Assembly (NCBI GenBank): GCA_944331875.1
Contig: CALVJA010000001.1
Location: 161,836 to 225,835, forward strand
From: an uncultured Clostridia bacterium
GTDB taxonomy: Bacteria > Bacillota > Clostridia > Christensenellales > DTU072
Direction of reading: 5' to 3'
DNA length: 64,000 nt
Shown: piece by piece, positions 28,567 through 36,955 of the stretch
Position numbering within the stretch: position 1 is the first letter of the stretch
Layout: each line of letters begins with the position of its first letter
The notes under the pieces: model-generated
What the model saw: only the letters and a program-made list of their open reading frames with translations
What the model was told of the DNA's origin: nothing
Database searches by the model: none
Position numbers and translations under genes: made by a program

Positions 28567-29582
28567 GGGTGATCTCGGGAAAATTCCGCGGAATTGTTCT
28601 TACTCCGCCACCCGATCGCGCCGTCCGACCGACGACGGACAGGGTCAAAGAAAGCATGTTCGATCTGATATCCTATAGGCTCGACGGGGCGAAGGTCCTC
28701 GATCTGTTTTCGGGTTCCGGCGCTCTCGGGATAGAGGCGCTGTCCAGGGGCGCGGAGTATTGCCTGTTCGCGGACGCGAGCAGGGAGTCCCTTCGCGTGA
28801 CGGAATCAAACCTCAAAAAAATATGCGCTTCGTTTGACATTGAGCGCGGCGATTTCAAAAAAGTGCTTGGCGGTCTGTCGGCTAGCGGCGCGAAGTTCGA
28901 CGTCGTTTTTTTGGATCCGCCGTATAAAACGGGTCTTGCCGCCGAGGCTTTGGCTGCGATATCGGAATACGGCGTTTTGGAAAAGGGCGGCGTGATAGTG
29001 GTGGAGCGCGCCCGCGACGACCGACCCACCGTCACCCCCGACGGCTACAGGATAGTCGATTCGCGCGCTTACGGTTCGTCGGTTGTGGAGCTCGTCGAAA
29101 AATGCACCGCCGCCGCGGTGACGGGCACGTTCGATCCGTTTACGCTGGGGCACCTGTATCTGGTGGAAAAGGCGGCGGAAGCGTTCGACAAGGTGTATGT
29201 AGTCATGCTCCTAAATCCCGATAAAACTCCGTCAATTCCCGAAAAAAAGCGCCTAAAACTCATAAAACTCAGCCTTCGGAAGCTCCCGTACAAGGTGGAA
29301 ACGGCTTTTTACGACGGATTGGCTATTGACTACCTCGCTGAAAATAATATAAAATATATCGTAAGGGGCGTGCGTTCCGCCGCCGATTTCGAATACGAAA
29401 GCAAAATGGCGGAGTGGAACTACGCTCACGGCGGGGTCAGAACGCTTCTGGTGCCCGCGCGCGACTCGGATATCTCGAGCGGCAGGGTAAGGGAACTCAT
29501 ATCGGAACACAAGAGCCTGAAAGGGCTCATCGACGAAGACGTCAGAGGAATATTGGAAGGTGATCGACCATGGACGAAATAG
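28563..29582 (+). CDS. fusion protein: 16S rRNA (guanine966-N2)-methyltransferase RsmD + phosphopantetheine adenylyltransferase CoaD
   Basis: The N-terminal half has RsmD blocks (RPTTDRVKESMFDLI, DLFSGSGALGIEALSRGA, FLDPPY). From about residue 182 it has CoaD blocks (GTFDPFTLGH, IVRGVRSAADFEYE). One uninterrupted 339-aa frame. Confidence 0.8.
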   Translation: MRVISGKFRGIVLTPPPDRAVRPTTDRVKESMFDLISYRLDGAKVLDLFSGSGALGIEALSRGAEYCLFADASRESLRVTESNLKKICASFDIERGDFKKVLGGLSASGAKFDVVFLDPPYKTGLAAEALAAISEYGVLEKGGVIVVERARDDRPTVTPDGYRIVDSRAYGSSVVELVEKCTAAAVTGTFDPFTLGHLYLVEKAAEAFDKVYVVMLLNPDKTPSIPEKKRLKLIKLSLRKLPYKVETAFYDGLAIDYLAENNIKYIVRGVRSAADFEYESKMAEWNYAHGGVRTLLVPARDSDISSGRVRELISEHKSLKGLIDEDVRGILEGDRPWTK

Positions 29583-30013
29583 AAGAAATGCTTCAATTGA
29601 TCGAAAGAGAGCTCTCGAACGGCAAACGCCCGCTGTTCGGCGCGGGAGTCACTGTGGACGCGGAGGCTATATACGCAGCGGTCGAAAGGATACGCGCCGC
29701 GGTGCCGCAGGCGGTGAGGGAAGCGCGGATAGTGCTGCGTGACTCCGAAAAACGCATGGAAGCGGAATCTTCGAGGGCGCGCGAGATAGTCAGGAAGGCT
29801 GAGGAAAGAGCGGACGAGATACTTTCCGAGCATCAAATAGTAGCGCGTGCCGAGGAACAGGCGAACGCGATAATGAGAAACGCCGAAGCGTACGCCGCCA
29901 AAGTGCGCGCCGACGCGTATAACGAACTCGTCGAAATGCTCGCGAAAACCGACGAAGCGCTCTCCGGAAGTCTGGAGCTGGTACGCGCCGCGCTGAAAAA
30001 CATGGGAAGATGA
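29570..30013 (+). CDS. hypothetical coiled-coil protein (Ala/Glu/Arg-rich)
   Basis: 147-aa ORF overlapping the coaD end by 13 nt, with GGAAGG upstream. Heptad-like charged-helix composition. No family recognised. Confidence 0.5.
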   Translation: MDEIEEMLQLIERELSNGKRPLFGAGVTVDAEAIYAAVERIRAAVPQAVREARIVLRDSEKRMEAESSRAREIVRKAEERADEILSEHQIVARAEEQANAIMRNAEAYAAKVRADAYNELVEMLAKTDEALSGSLELVRAALKNMGR

Positions 30014-30049
30014 GCTCAAGCACGATCCGGGAATATAAAAACCGATAAA

Positions 30050-30093
30050 AGCGGCGGCGCCGAAAACGGGACGCCGCCGCTTGCTTTTATTTT
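30050..30093 (+). terminator. rho-independent terminator ending the aconitase-to-coaD gene run
   Basis: GCGGCGGCG (30051-30059) pairs with CGCCGCCGC (30072-30080), followed by TTGCTTTTATTTT. Confidence 0.7.
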
Positions 30094-30109
30094 GATAATA
30101 GTTTATAAT
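30081..30109 (+). promoter_or_regulatory. possible promoter for smc
   Basis: TTGCTT (30081-30086), 17 nt, TATAAT (30104-30109). Confidence 0.4.
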
Positions 30110-30174
30110 AAACCTGTATATGCGCGGCGCGTGAAGGCGCATGCGGAGGAAAAATAAAATTTCGGGAGACGGAA

Positions 30175-33100
30175 GTGAATCTAAACAAAATCGAACTTCA
30201 CGGATTCAAATCTTTTGCGGACAAGACCGAGATAGTTTTCAATTCGAACATCACCGGCATAGTGGGTCCTAACGGCTGCGGTAAATCCAACGTCATAGAC
30301 GCCGTGCGCTGGGTGCTGGGCGAAATGGCGCCGACGTCGCTCAGGGTCAGCAAGATGGCGGAACTCATATTCAACGGCACCGAATCGAGGCGCTCCATGT
30401 CGTACTGCGAGGTCAGTTTGTATCTCGATAACTCCGACCGCAAATACGACATCGCTTACGACGAAGTGGTCATCACCAGGCGCTTAGACCGCAGCGGCAA
30501 GAGCGAATATTTCATAAACCGCAACGAATGTACCAAATCGAGCATCGTCGCTCTGTTTCGCGACACCGGCATCGGTAAAGACGGCTACAGCATAATCGGG
30601 CAGGGCAAAATAGACGCGATACTCGCCTCGAGCCCCGAAGCGCGTAGAAAAATATTCGAGGAAGCGGCGGGGATAGCCGCGCAGAAAGAGCAGCGCAACA
30701 GGGCTGAGGTCAAACTGCAGACCGCGAGGCTCAATATGAGCCGTATTTTCGATATTCTGAAGGAGATAGGCGACAGACTGGAGCCGCTTAGAAAGGAGGC
30801 GGAGGCGGCGGCGAAAGCCAAGGCGCTCAGAGAGGAGCTGAAATTTTTCGAGATAAAGCAATACCTTTATCAGTGCGAAAATTCGGAGTCCGAACGCAAA
30901 AAAATGGAGGAAAAGCTTTCCGAAACGGCGGCGGAACTGGTGAAGTGCCAAAACGACCTCTCCGCCGTAAACGAGGAATACAATGCGGCGATGGCGGAGA
31001 TCGAAAGAAGCGACGAACGCCAGCGCGAGATACACGAAAAGCTGACCGAGAGCCTCGTCGAAGCGGAACGCGCGGCGGGCGACGGCAGGGCTATCGGGGA
31101 GCGCATCGAGCAGTCCAAACGCCGCGACGCCGAGATAAAAAAACAGAAAGTGCAGAACGCGGCGCTCCTGGACGACAGATCCCGCCGTATTTTACAAAAG
31201 ACCGAAGACGCCGAAAAGGCGAAAGCGGCGCTTTCCGCACTGAAAGCGGAGCTGGAGGCACTGGAAAGGCAGAACGACGAGCTGAACGCGAAAATACTCG
31301 GCGAGGAGCGCGAGATCGAGGAAATGCGCGATCTTTTGATGCAGAACGTGACCAGAAACGCCGAGATCGACAAGGACGCGGCGAAACTCGCGCTCAGAAA
31401 ATCCATTCTCGAAAAAGATCTGGGTTCCGCAAAGGACGAGTACGCCTCCAGGAAAAAACTTTTGGACGAATGCGAAAAGGCGCTCGATGCGCTTAAAGCG
31501 AAGCTCGACGGCGTCAAAAAGGAGCGCGACGACGCGGCGGAGGCTTCCAAAGAGGGCGAGAAGAACCTTGCGGACGCCGAGAAGGAACTTCAGGACGCCG
31601 AGAAAAAAAGATCGAACATAACGCAGGAGATAGCAAATTACGATTTTGCCGTCAAGAGCGTGGAAGCGCTTATAGCAAGCTACAGGGATTACGAGGATTC
31701 CGTTCAGAATCTGATGAAAGCGGCGGAGGAAGATCCCGAGATAAAGCAAAAGATCGTCGGCACCGTCGCCGAGATAATAAGCGTTCCCGCCGATATCTCC
31801 ACCGCGATAGGCTCCGCGCTCGGAAGGGCATGGCAGAACATAGTAACCAGAAACGAATACGACGCGTCGGATCTGGTGCAGGTGCTTCGCTCGAGGCGCC
31901 TGGGGCGCGCGACGTTCCTGCCGATGAGCAGCATGAAATTCAACGAACTGCCGCGCGAGTATGCGCGGGTCAGGGATGAGGACGGCGTCATAGGCGTGGC
32001 GTCGGAGCTTGTGAACTACGATCCGCGTTACGACAACATAGTATCCAACCTTCTAGGAAGAACGGTCATAGTCGACAACACCGATACGGGCATACGGATA
32101 TCCCAAAAATACGGCTACTCCTTCCGCGTAGTCACGCTGGAAGGGGATATGTTCCAGACCTCGGGCGCGTTGACGGGCGGCTCTGTATCCAAAAACAAAA
32201 GCAGCGTGTTCTCCCGCGAAACGGAGCTTAAGACCTACAAAGCAAAACGCGAAAAACTCAAAAAAGACGCCGCGCTTTTGGAAGAAGTCATCGAGGAACT
32301 GAAAGAGGAAGTAGGAAAGCAGAATTCCGCGCTTTCGTTTTTGAGGGCTAGAGTGAACAAGCTGGACGTAGAGATAGCCTCCGTCTCCGGCGAGATCGCG
32401 AAAGCGCAAAGCGAGATCGATTTCCACCGCGGCGAGATGGAAAAAATATTCCGCGGCAACGAAGATAAACTGAAAGAGCTCGAACAGATAGAAAAGGACA
32501 TTCGGGCTGCCGAATTGACCAAAAAGGGCGCCGACAGCGACAAAATAAACGCCGACACGTATATGGACGAGATGAAGGCGAAGCACACCGGGGACAAGGA
32601 GCAGTCCGCCGTTATCGCCTCGCGCCTTGCCGATAAGCGCGTCGAGATAACCTCTCGGCAGGGAGCCGTGGAGGCTGCGGAAAGGGAGATAGTCGCTATC
32701 CGTACCGAATGCCGCGGTATCGAGGAAACGATGAGGAGCCTCGACGTCGAAGAGAAAATGAACGCCGCTGAGCTTAAACGGCTGACCGAGGAGTTGGAGA
32801 AGACCAAGTTTTCGGACGAGGATCAGCAAAAGATAGACGCTTTGCGCGCCGCGTTGAACGCCGTAGACGAAAAGAAGAAGGAGCTCAATCAGCGCGTAAA
32901 GGAATTGAACGACGAACAGGCGCGCCTTAACGACCTTGCCGCGAGAATCCGCGAGCGCGGAGCGAAAGAGGAATCGCGGCTGACGCTGATATCTACATCT
33001 CTCGACAACGCCGCGTCGAGGATAGTCGAAAACTACGGCTACGATTTCGACGCAGCCAGGGATTACATAGGCGAAGTGGACGAAGAACGGGCGGAAGGTT

Positions 33101-33831
33101 ACGGCTTCGAACCCGGGAAGGCTTCCTCTCACATAAACGGACTGCGTTCCAGGATAGAGCGCATCGGTCCGATAAACGAACTCGCGGAGACGGCTTATTC
33201 CGAGGAGCGCGTCAGATACGACGAATTGCAGGCGCAGTACGCAGACCTCGAGAAAAGCGAGCAGGACACCGCCGCGCTCATAAAGGACCTCACCGAGGAA
33301 ATGACCGAAAAATTCACGATAAGCTTCAATCAGATAAACAAAAACTTCAACGAAGTCTTCGCGGAGCTTTTCGGGGGCGGCAGGGCGAAAATGGAGCTCG
33401 AACCCGGCGTGGACGTATTGGAAGCGGGTATCGAGATAATGGCGGAGCCGCCCGGTAAAAAACTTACGAACCTGGCGCCGCTGTCGGGCGGAGAGCGCGC
33501 GCTTACCGCGATAGCCATTCTGTTCGCCATCATAAAGCTGAATCCGATGCCGTTCAGTATCCTGGACGAGATAGAGGCGGCTTTGGACGACGCGAACGCG
33601 AGGGTATTCGCGCAATATCTGAAGAAGTTCTCGCAGTTCACGCAGTTCATCGTCGTTACGCACAGAAAGCCGACGATGTCGCTTTGCGACACGCTGTTCG
33701 GTATAACGATGCAGGAAATGGGCGTCAGTAAGACCGTACAGGTCAAACTCGAAGAGGCGGTCAAGTACGAGGAGATAGAACGCGAACGCGTCCGTCAGGA
33801 AAAAGCGGAAAAGGCGGGACAAGCGTCCTGA
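30175..33831 (+). CDS. smc: chromosome segregation protein SMC
   Basis: 1218 aa. GTG start after GGGAG. Walker A GPNGCGKSN, long coiled coils with a central hinge, signature LSGGERALTA, Walker B FSILDEIEAALD. Confidence 0.95.
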   Translation: MNLNKIELHGFKSFADKTEIVFNSNITGIVGPNGCGKSNVIDAVRWVLGEMAPTSLRVSKMAELIFNGTESRRSMSYCEVSLYLDNSDRKYDIAYDEVVITRRLDRSGKSEYFINRNECTKSSIVALFRDTGIGKDGYSIIGQGKIDAILASSPEARRKIFEEAAGIAAQKEQRNRAEVKLQTARLNMSRIFDILKEIGDRLEPLRKEAEAAAKAKALREELKFFEIKQYLYQCENSESERKKMEEKLSETAAELVKCQNDLSAVNEEYNAAMAEIERSDERQREIHEKLTESLVEAERAAGDGRAIGERIEQSKRRDAEIKKQKVQNAALLDDRSRRILQKTEDAEKAKAALSALKAELEALERQNDELNAKILGEEREIEEMRDLLMQNVTRNAEIDKDAAKLALRKSILEKDLGSAKDEYASRKKLLDECEKALDALKAKLDGVKKERDDAAEASKEGEKNLADAEKELQDAEKKRSNITQEIANYDFAVKSVEALIASYRDYEDSVQNLMKAAEEDPEIKQKIVGTVAEIISVPADISTAIGSALGRAWQNIVTRNEYDASDLVQVLRSRRLGRATFLPMSSMKFNELPREYARVRDEDGVIGVASELVNYDPRYDNIVSNLLGRTVIVDNTDTGIRISQKYGYSFRVVTLEGDMFQTSGALTGGSVSKNKSSVFSRETELKTYKAKREKLKKDAALLEEVIEELKEEVGKQNSALSFLRARVNKLDVEIASVSGEIAKAQSEIDFHRGEMEKIFRGNEDKLKELEQIEKDIRAAELTKKGADSDKINADTYMDEMKAKHTGDKEQSAVIASRLADKRVEITSRQGAVEAAEREIVAIRTECRGIEETMRSLDVEEKMNAAELKRLTEELEKTKFSDEDQQKIDALRAALNAVDEKKKELNQRVKELNDEQARLNDLAARIRERGAKEESRLTLISTSLDNAASRIVENYGYDFDAARDYIGEVDEERAEGYGFEPGKASSHINGLRSRIERIGPINELAETAYSEERVRYDELQAQYADLEKSEQDTAALIKDLTEEMTEKFTISFNQINKNFNEVFAELFGGGRAKMELEPGVDVLEAGIEIMAEPPGKKLTNLAPLSGGERALTAIAILFAIIKLNPMPFSILDEIEAALDDANARVFAQYLKKFSQFTQFIVVTHRKPTMSLCDTLFGITMQEMGVSKTVQVKLEEAVKYEEIERERVRQEKAEKAGQAS

Positions 33832-33865
33832 AGCAGTGCGCACACAATCGCAGAAGGGAGTTGAA

Positions 33866-34762
33866 ATGGGCATATTTTCCAGAATAAAAGAGGGACTGAA
33901 GCGCACCAAGGAAAGCTTCGGCAAGAAGATATTCGAGCTTTTCAAGGGAAGGGCTCTGGACGACGAGTTTTACGAAGAACTCGAAACGGCGATGATAGCC
34001 TCCGATATGGGCGTTACGGCGACCGATCAGATAATAGAGGAATTGAAAGACTCCGTCTACCAAAAGAAGATCACCGACCCCGAAAAAGCGAAAAACGAAT
34101 TAAAGCGCATCATGCTCGAAAGTATCGATTACGAGATACCGCCTTACGAGTATCCTTTGGTGATACTGATAGCGGGCGTGAACGGTGTCGGGAAAACGAC
34201 GGCGGTCGGGAAACTTGCGAAACTTTTTACCACGCAGGGGAAAAGCGTTACCGTCGCGGCGGCGGATACATTTAGGGCTGCGGCAAGCGAACAGCTCGAG
34301 GTCTGGGCGGAGCGCGCGGGAGTGCGTATCGTAAAACACGGCGAAGGTTCCGATCCCGCGTCGGTGGTGTACGACGCGTTGGCTTCAGCGAAAGCGCGCG
34401 GCACCGACGTCGTTATAGTGGATACCGCGGGAAGGCTGCATAACAAGAAGAACCTGATGGAAGAGCTCAAAAAGATAAACCGCGTAGTCGACCGCGAAGC
34501 GCCCGATTTCGATAAAAGAAGCTATATCGTGCTGGACGCCACTACGGGGCAAAACGCCGTACAGCAGGTGGAGATATTCTCCGACGCCATAGACGCGGAC
34601 GGAATAATCCTCACCAAACTCGACGGCACGGCGAAAGGCGGCGTCGTCCTCGCCATATCCGCGGAGTACGAGATCCCCGTCGTATATGCCGGTATCGGAG
34701 AAAAGATAGACGATCTTATACCCTTCGATGCCGCCTCCTTCATCTCCGGGATATTCGAATGA
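33866..34762 (+). CDS. ftsY: signal recognition particle receptor FtsY
   Basis: SRP-GTPase blocks GVNGVGKTT, DTAGR and TKLDGTAKGG. Start moved to the ATG at 33866 after AGGGAG. smc-ftsY synteny. Confidence 0.93.
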   Translation: MGIFSRIKEGLKRTKESFGKKIFELFKGRALDDEFYEELETAMIASDMGVTATDQIIEELKDSVYQKKITDPEKAKNELKRIMLESIDYEIPPYEYPLVILIAGVNGVGKTTAVGKLAKLFTTQGKSVTVAAADTFRAAASEQLEVWAERAGVRIVKHGEGSDPASVVYDALASAKARGTDVVIVDTAGRLHNKKNLMEELKKINRVVDREAPDFDKRSYIVLDATTGQNAVQQVEIFSDAIDADGIILTKLDGTAKGGVVLAISAEYEIPVVYAGIGEKIDDLIPFDAASFISGIFE

Positions 34763-34823
34763 TTTTATTTTTGCTGGAAATTTTATAAAAATTTCTTCGA
34801 AAGTGCAGTGATTCGAGAAAAGA

Positions 34824-34848
34824 CCCGTTTGACAGAACGGGCTTTTTT
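34824..34848 (+). terminator. rho-independent terminator of ftsY
   Basis: CCCGTT-tgacag-AACGGG-C followed by TTTTTT. Confidence 0.75.
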
Positions 34849-34980
34849 CATATGGTGGGAATATATATTCGCAAAAATAAAATCATTCCGACATCTTGCC
34901 GTATTTTTGCGGCTCTTTTCCGCAAAATCTACGACCTCCTTCGGAGGCGGATCGGTCGAGTATGGTATACACTTCCCTCC

Positions 34981-35285
34981 CGTTTTGCGAAAAATAGCTT
35001 GCAAATCTACGGCAATCTGCCGCCAAACACCTCATTCGAAGAAAACACTTATACAGGCAAACCGCTGTTCACGGTTTTATGTGAAAACTGTGATCCTGCA
35101 CTTTGGAGAGCAAAACGGGGCGCGAACGGCGCATAGTCCCGCTATAGCGCCGCCCGCGTTTCGTGCGATACAACGCAAAATAGTCTGCAAATCGGCGCCA
35201 AACACGCTTTTCACTGCGCCCAAATACATAGTAAACTGTATTCTTCTTTAGAGGCAAACACTAGCATAGGCGAATCGCTGTTCAT
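34981..35285 (+). repeat. two diverged direct repeats inside the long ftsY-rnfC non-coding region
   Basis: Unit B (34981-35072) and unit C (35157-35285) share, in the same order: CGTTT..GCG, AAAATAG(CT/TC)TGCAAATC, GCCAAACAC, and AAACACT..ATA.AGGC.AA.CGCTGTTCA. Indels of about 10 and about 40 nt separate these blocks. Confidence 0.6.
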
Positions 35286-35384
35286 ACTTAAATAAAATCG
35301 ATATAAAAAAATAATATAAAGATCAATACCACGTCTTCAGCCGTAGATTTTCGGGTGATTTTTCGTGAACGAAGCGACCCTGAG

Positions 35385-35618
35385 CAAAATCCGCAGACAT
35401 AAGCAAGAGTGTATAAGATGTATTTTTTGATTGAGTATTCCGTAAAACTCTTAGCGGATTTTATTTCACAAATTGAAACTTTGCCCGCGAAGTTTCAATT
35501 TATATCACAATGCGACCCTGCGGGTTGCATTATTTCACAATTCCGCTTGCGGAATTATATCACCTTTTTGTGGCGGCATTCGCCGCCACAAAATTCGGCG
35601 CAGCCGAATTATTTTCGG
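35385..35618 (+). repeat. long copy 2 of the modular structured repeat (5-prime stem domain plus hairpin array with TTATTTCACAA linkers)
   Basis: AAAATCCGC (35386-35394) pairs with GCGGATTTT (35454-35462) around a 59-nt interior. Linkers at 35461 (TTATTTCACAA), 35500 (TTATATCACAA), 35530 (TTATTTCACAA) and 35555 (TTATATCACC). Hairpins at 35472-35499, 35511-35529, 35541-35554 and 35565-35593, plus an extra hairpin at 35594-35608. Confidence 0.8.
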
Positions 35619-35620
35619 TC

Positions 35621-35649
35621 TTTACAGTTTAAGGATGTTAAGGTATAAT
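35621..35649 (+). promoter_or_regulatory. sigma-A-type promoter for the rnf operon
   Basis: TTTACA (35621-35626), 17 nt, TATAAT (35644-35649). The rnfC ATG is only 9 nt beyond the -10 element. Confidence 0.55.
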
Positions 35650-35658
35650 AAAATAGAT

Positions 35659-36954
35659 ATGAAGATAAAGACTTTCAGGTACGGCGTGCATCCGGAGGAG
35701 AGGAAGGAACTGTCGAAAAACGCGCCTATCGCTGCGGTATTGCCGGGCGAGAGGGTAGCGGTTCCGATGTCCCAGCACATCGGCGCTCCGGCGGAGCCCG
35801 TTGTCAATGTCGGGGACAGGGTGAAAGCCGGCAGCTTGATAGGCAGGGCGACCGCCATAGTTTCCGCGAACGTTTTCAGTTCCGTCTCCGGCACGGTGGC
35901 GGCTTTGGAGATGAAAGAGGGCGTTTCCGGAGCGAAATGCCTTCACGTCGTCATCGAAAACGATTTCAAATACGAAGAGGAACGCTTGGCTATGCTGACC
36001 GATCCCGAGCGCGAGGAGATAATCGCGAGGGCTCGGGAGGCGGGTATCGTCGGAATGGGCGGCGCGGCGTTCCCGTTCGACGTAAAACTTTCCGTAAAAA
36101 ATCCCGTAGATATTTTGCTCATAAACGGTTCGGAATGCGAGCCGTACATAACCTGCGACTACAGGCTGATGCTGGAGCGCGCCGAAGGCGTGGTGAGCGG
36201 CGTAAAACTCGTCCGCAAAGCGCTCGGAGCCAAGCGCGCGGTGATAGCGGTGGAAGCGAACAAACGCGACGCGTTCGACGCACTTCAAAGATACGCCGCG
36301 GCGGAGGGGATAGAAACGGCTCTCGTCAAAACGAAATATCCGCAGGGCGGCGAAAAACAGCTTATATACGCTTTGACGAAAAGAAAAGTTCCCGCGGGGA
36401 AACTTCCCGGGGACGTCGGGTGTATCGTCACGAACGCCGCGACGGCATACGCGCTGTACGAAGCGGTCGTTTTCGGAAAACCGCTCTATGAAAGGGTCGT
36501 GACCGTCTCGGGACTCGCGGCGGCGCGGCCGGGGAATTTTTCGGTGCGCACGGGAACGTCGTTCGGTTATCTGGCAAAGCACGCGGGAATTGCTTCCGAT
36601 TTCGTGAAAGCGGTGCAGGGCGGTCCGATGATGGGCGTGTCTATGCACTCGTTGGAGCCTTCGGTCACGAAGTCCTCGGGGGCGCTTTTACTGTTGACGG
36701 AGGGAGAGATACGGGCGGTGGAACCTACGCCCTGCATAAACTGCGCGAGGTGCGCGAACGTCTGTCCGATGTCGCTGATGCCGATGAAAACGGACGCGCT
36801 GATACTTAAGGACAAGACGGAAGAGACGAAAAAATACCACCCCGAACTTTGTATAGAATGCGGGTCCTGCGCATATGTGTGCCCCGCAAAGCGCCCGCTG
36901 GTGCAGTCGCAGCGGCTGGCGAAGAAACTTATCCTGAACCGGGAGCGGAGGTAA
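35659..36954 (+). CDS. rnfC: Rnf electron transport complex subunit C
   Basis: MKIKTFRYGVHPEERKEL... is a typical RnfC N-terminus. Two ferredoxin motifs (CINCARCANVCP, CIECGSCAYVCP). The track ORF start at 35473 runs through the repeat and was rejected. Confidence 0.9.
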   Translation: MKIKTFRYGVHPEERKELSKNAPIAAVLPGERVAVPMSQHIGAPAEPVVNVGDRVKAGSLIGRATAIVSANVFSSVSGTVAALEMKEGVSGAKCLHVVIENDFKYEEERLAMLTDPEREEIIARAREAGIVGMGGAAFPFDVKLSVKNPVDILLINGSECEPYITCDYRLMLERAEGVVSGVKLVRKALGAKRAVIAVEANKRDAFDALQRYAAAEGIETALVKTKYPQGGEKQLIYALTKRKVPAGKLPGDVGCIVTNAATAYALYEAVVFGKPLYERVVTVSGLAAARPGNFSVRTGTSFGYLAKHAGIASDFVKAVQGGPMMGVSMHSLEPSVTKSSGALLLLTEGEIRAVEPTPCINCARCANVCPMSLMPMKTDALILKDKTEETKKYHPELCIECGSCAYVCPAKRPLVQSQRLAKKLILNRERR

Positions 36955-36955
36955 G

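Noticed and set aside
34808-35251. 147-aa and 94-aa + strand ORFs, and 73-aa and 62-aa minus-strand ORFs, inside the ftsY-rnfC spacer
   Set aside because: None has an RBS, the first spans the ftsY terminator, their composition is not protein-like, and the sequence is made of diverged DNA repeats. Treated as non-coding.
35461-35540. TTTCACAA linkers as Rex/CRP-FNR-type operator half-sites upstream of rnf
   Set aside because: Rex-type operators need an inverted partner (TTGTGAA-N4-TTCACAA). Here the motif is repeated in direct orientation at spacings of 25-39 nt. In the short copies the inverted partner is 21 nt away. A DNA-binding role is not excluded but is not supported by the site geometry.
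35473-35658. N-terminal 62-codon extension of rnfC suggested by the ORF track
   Set aside because: The extension reads through the repeat hairpins and the predicted promoter. The RnfC family N-terminus (MKIKTFRYGVHP) begins at the ATG at 35659.
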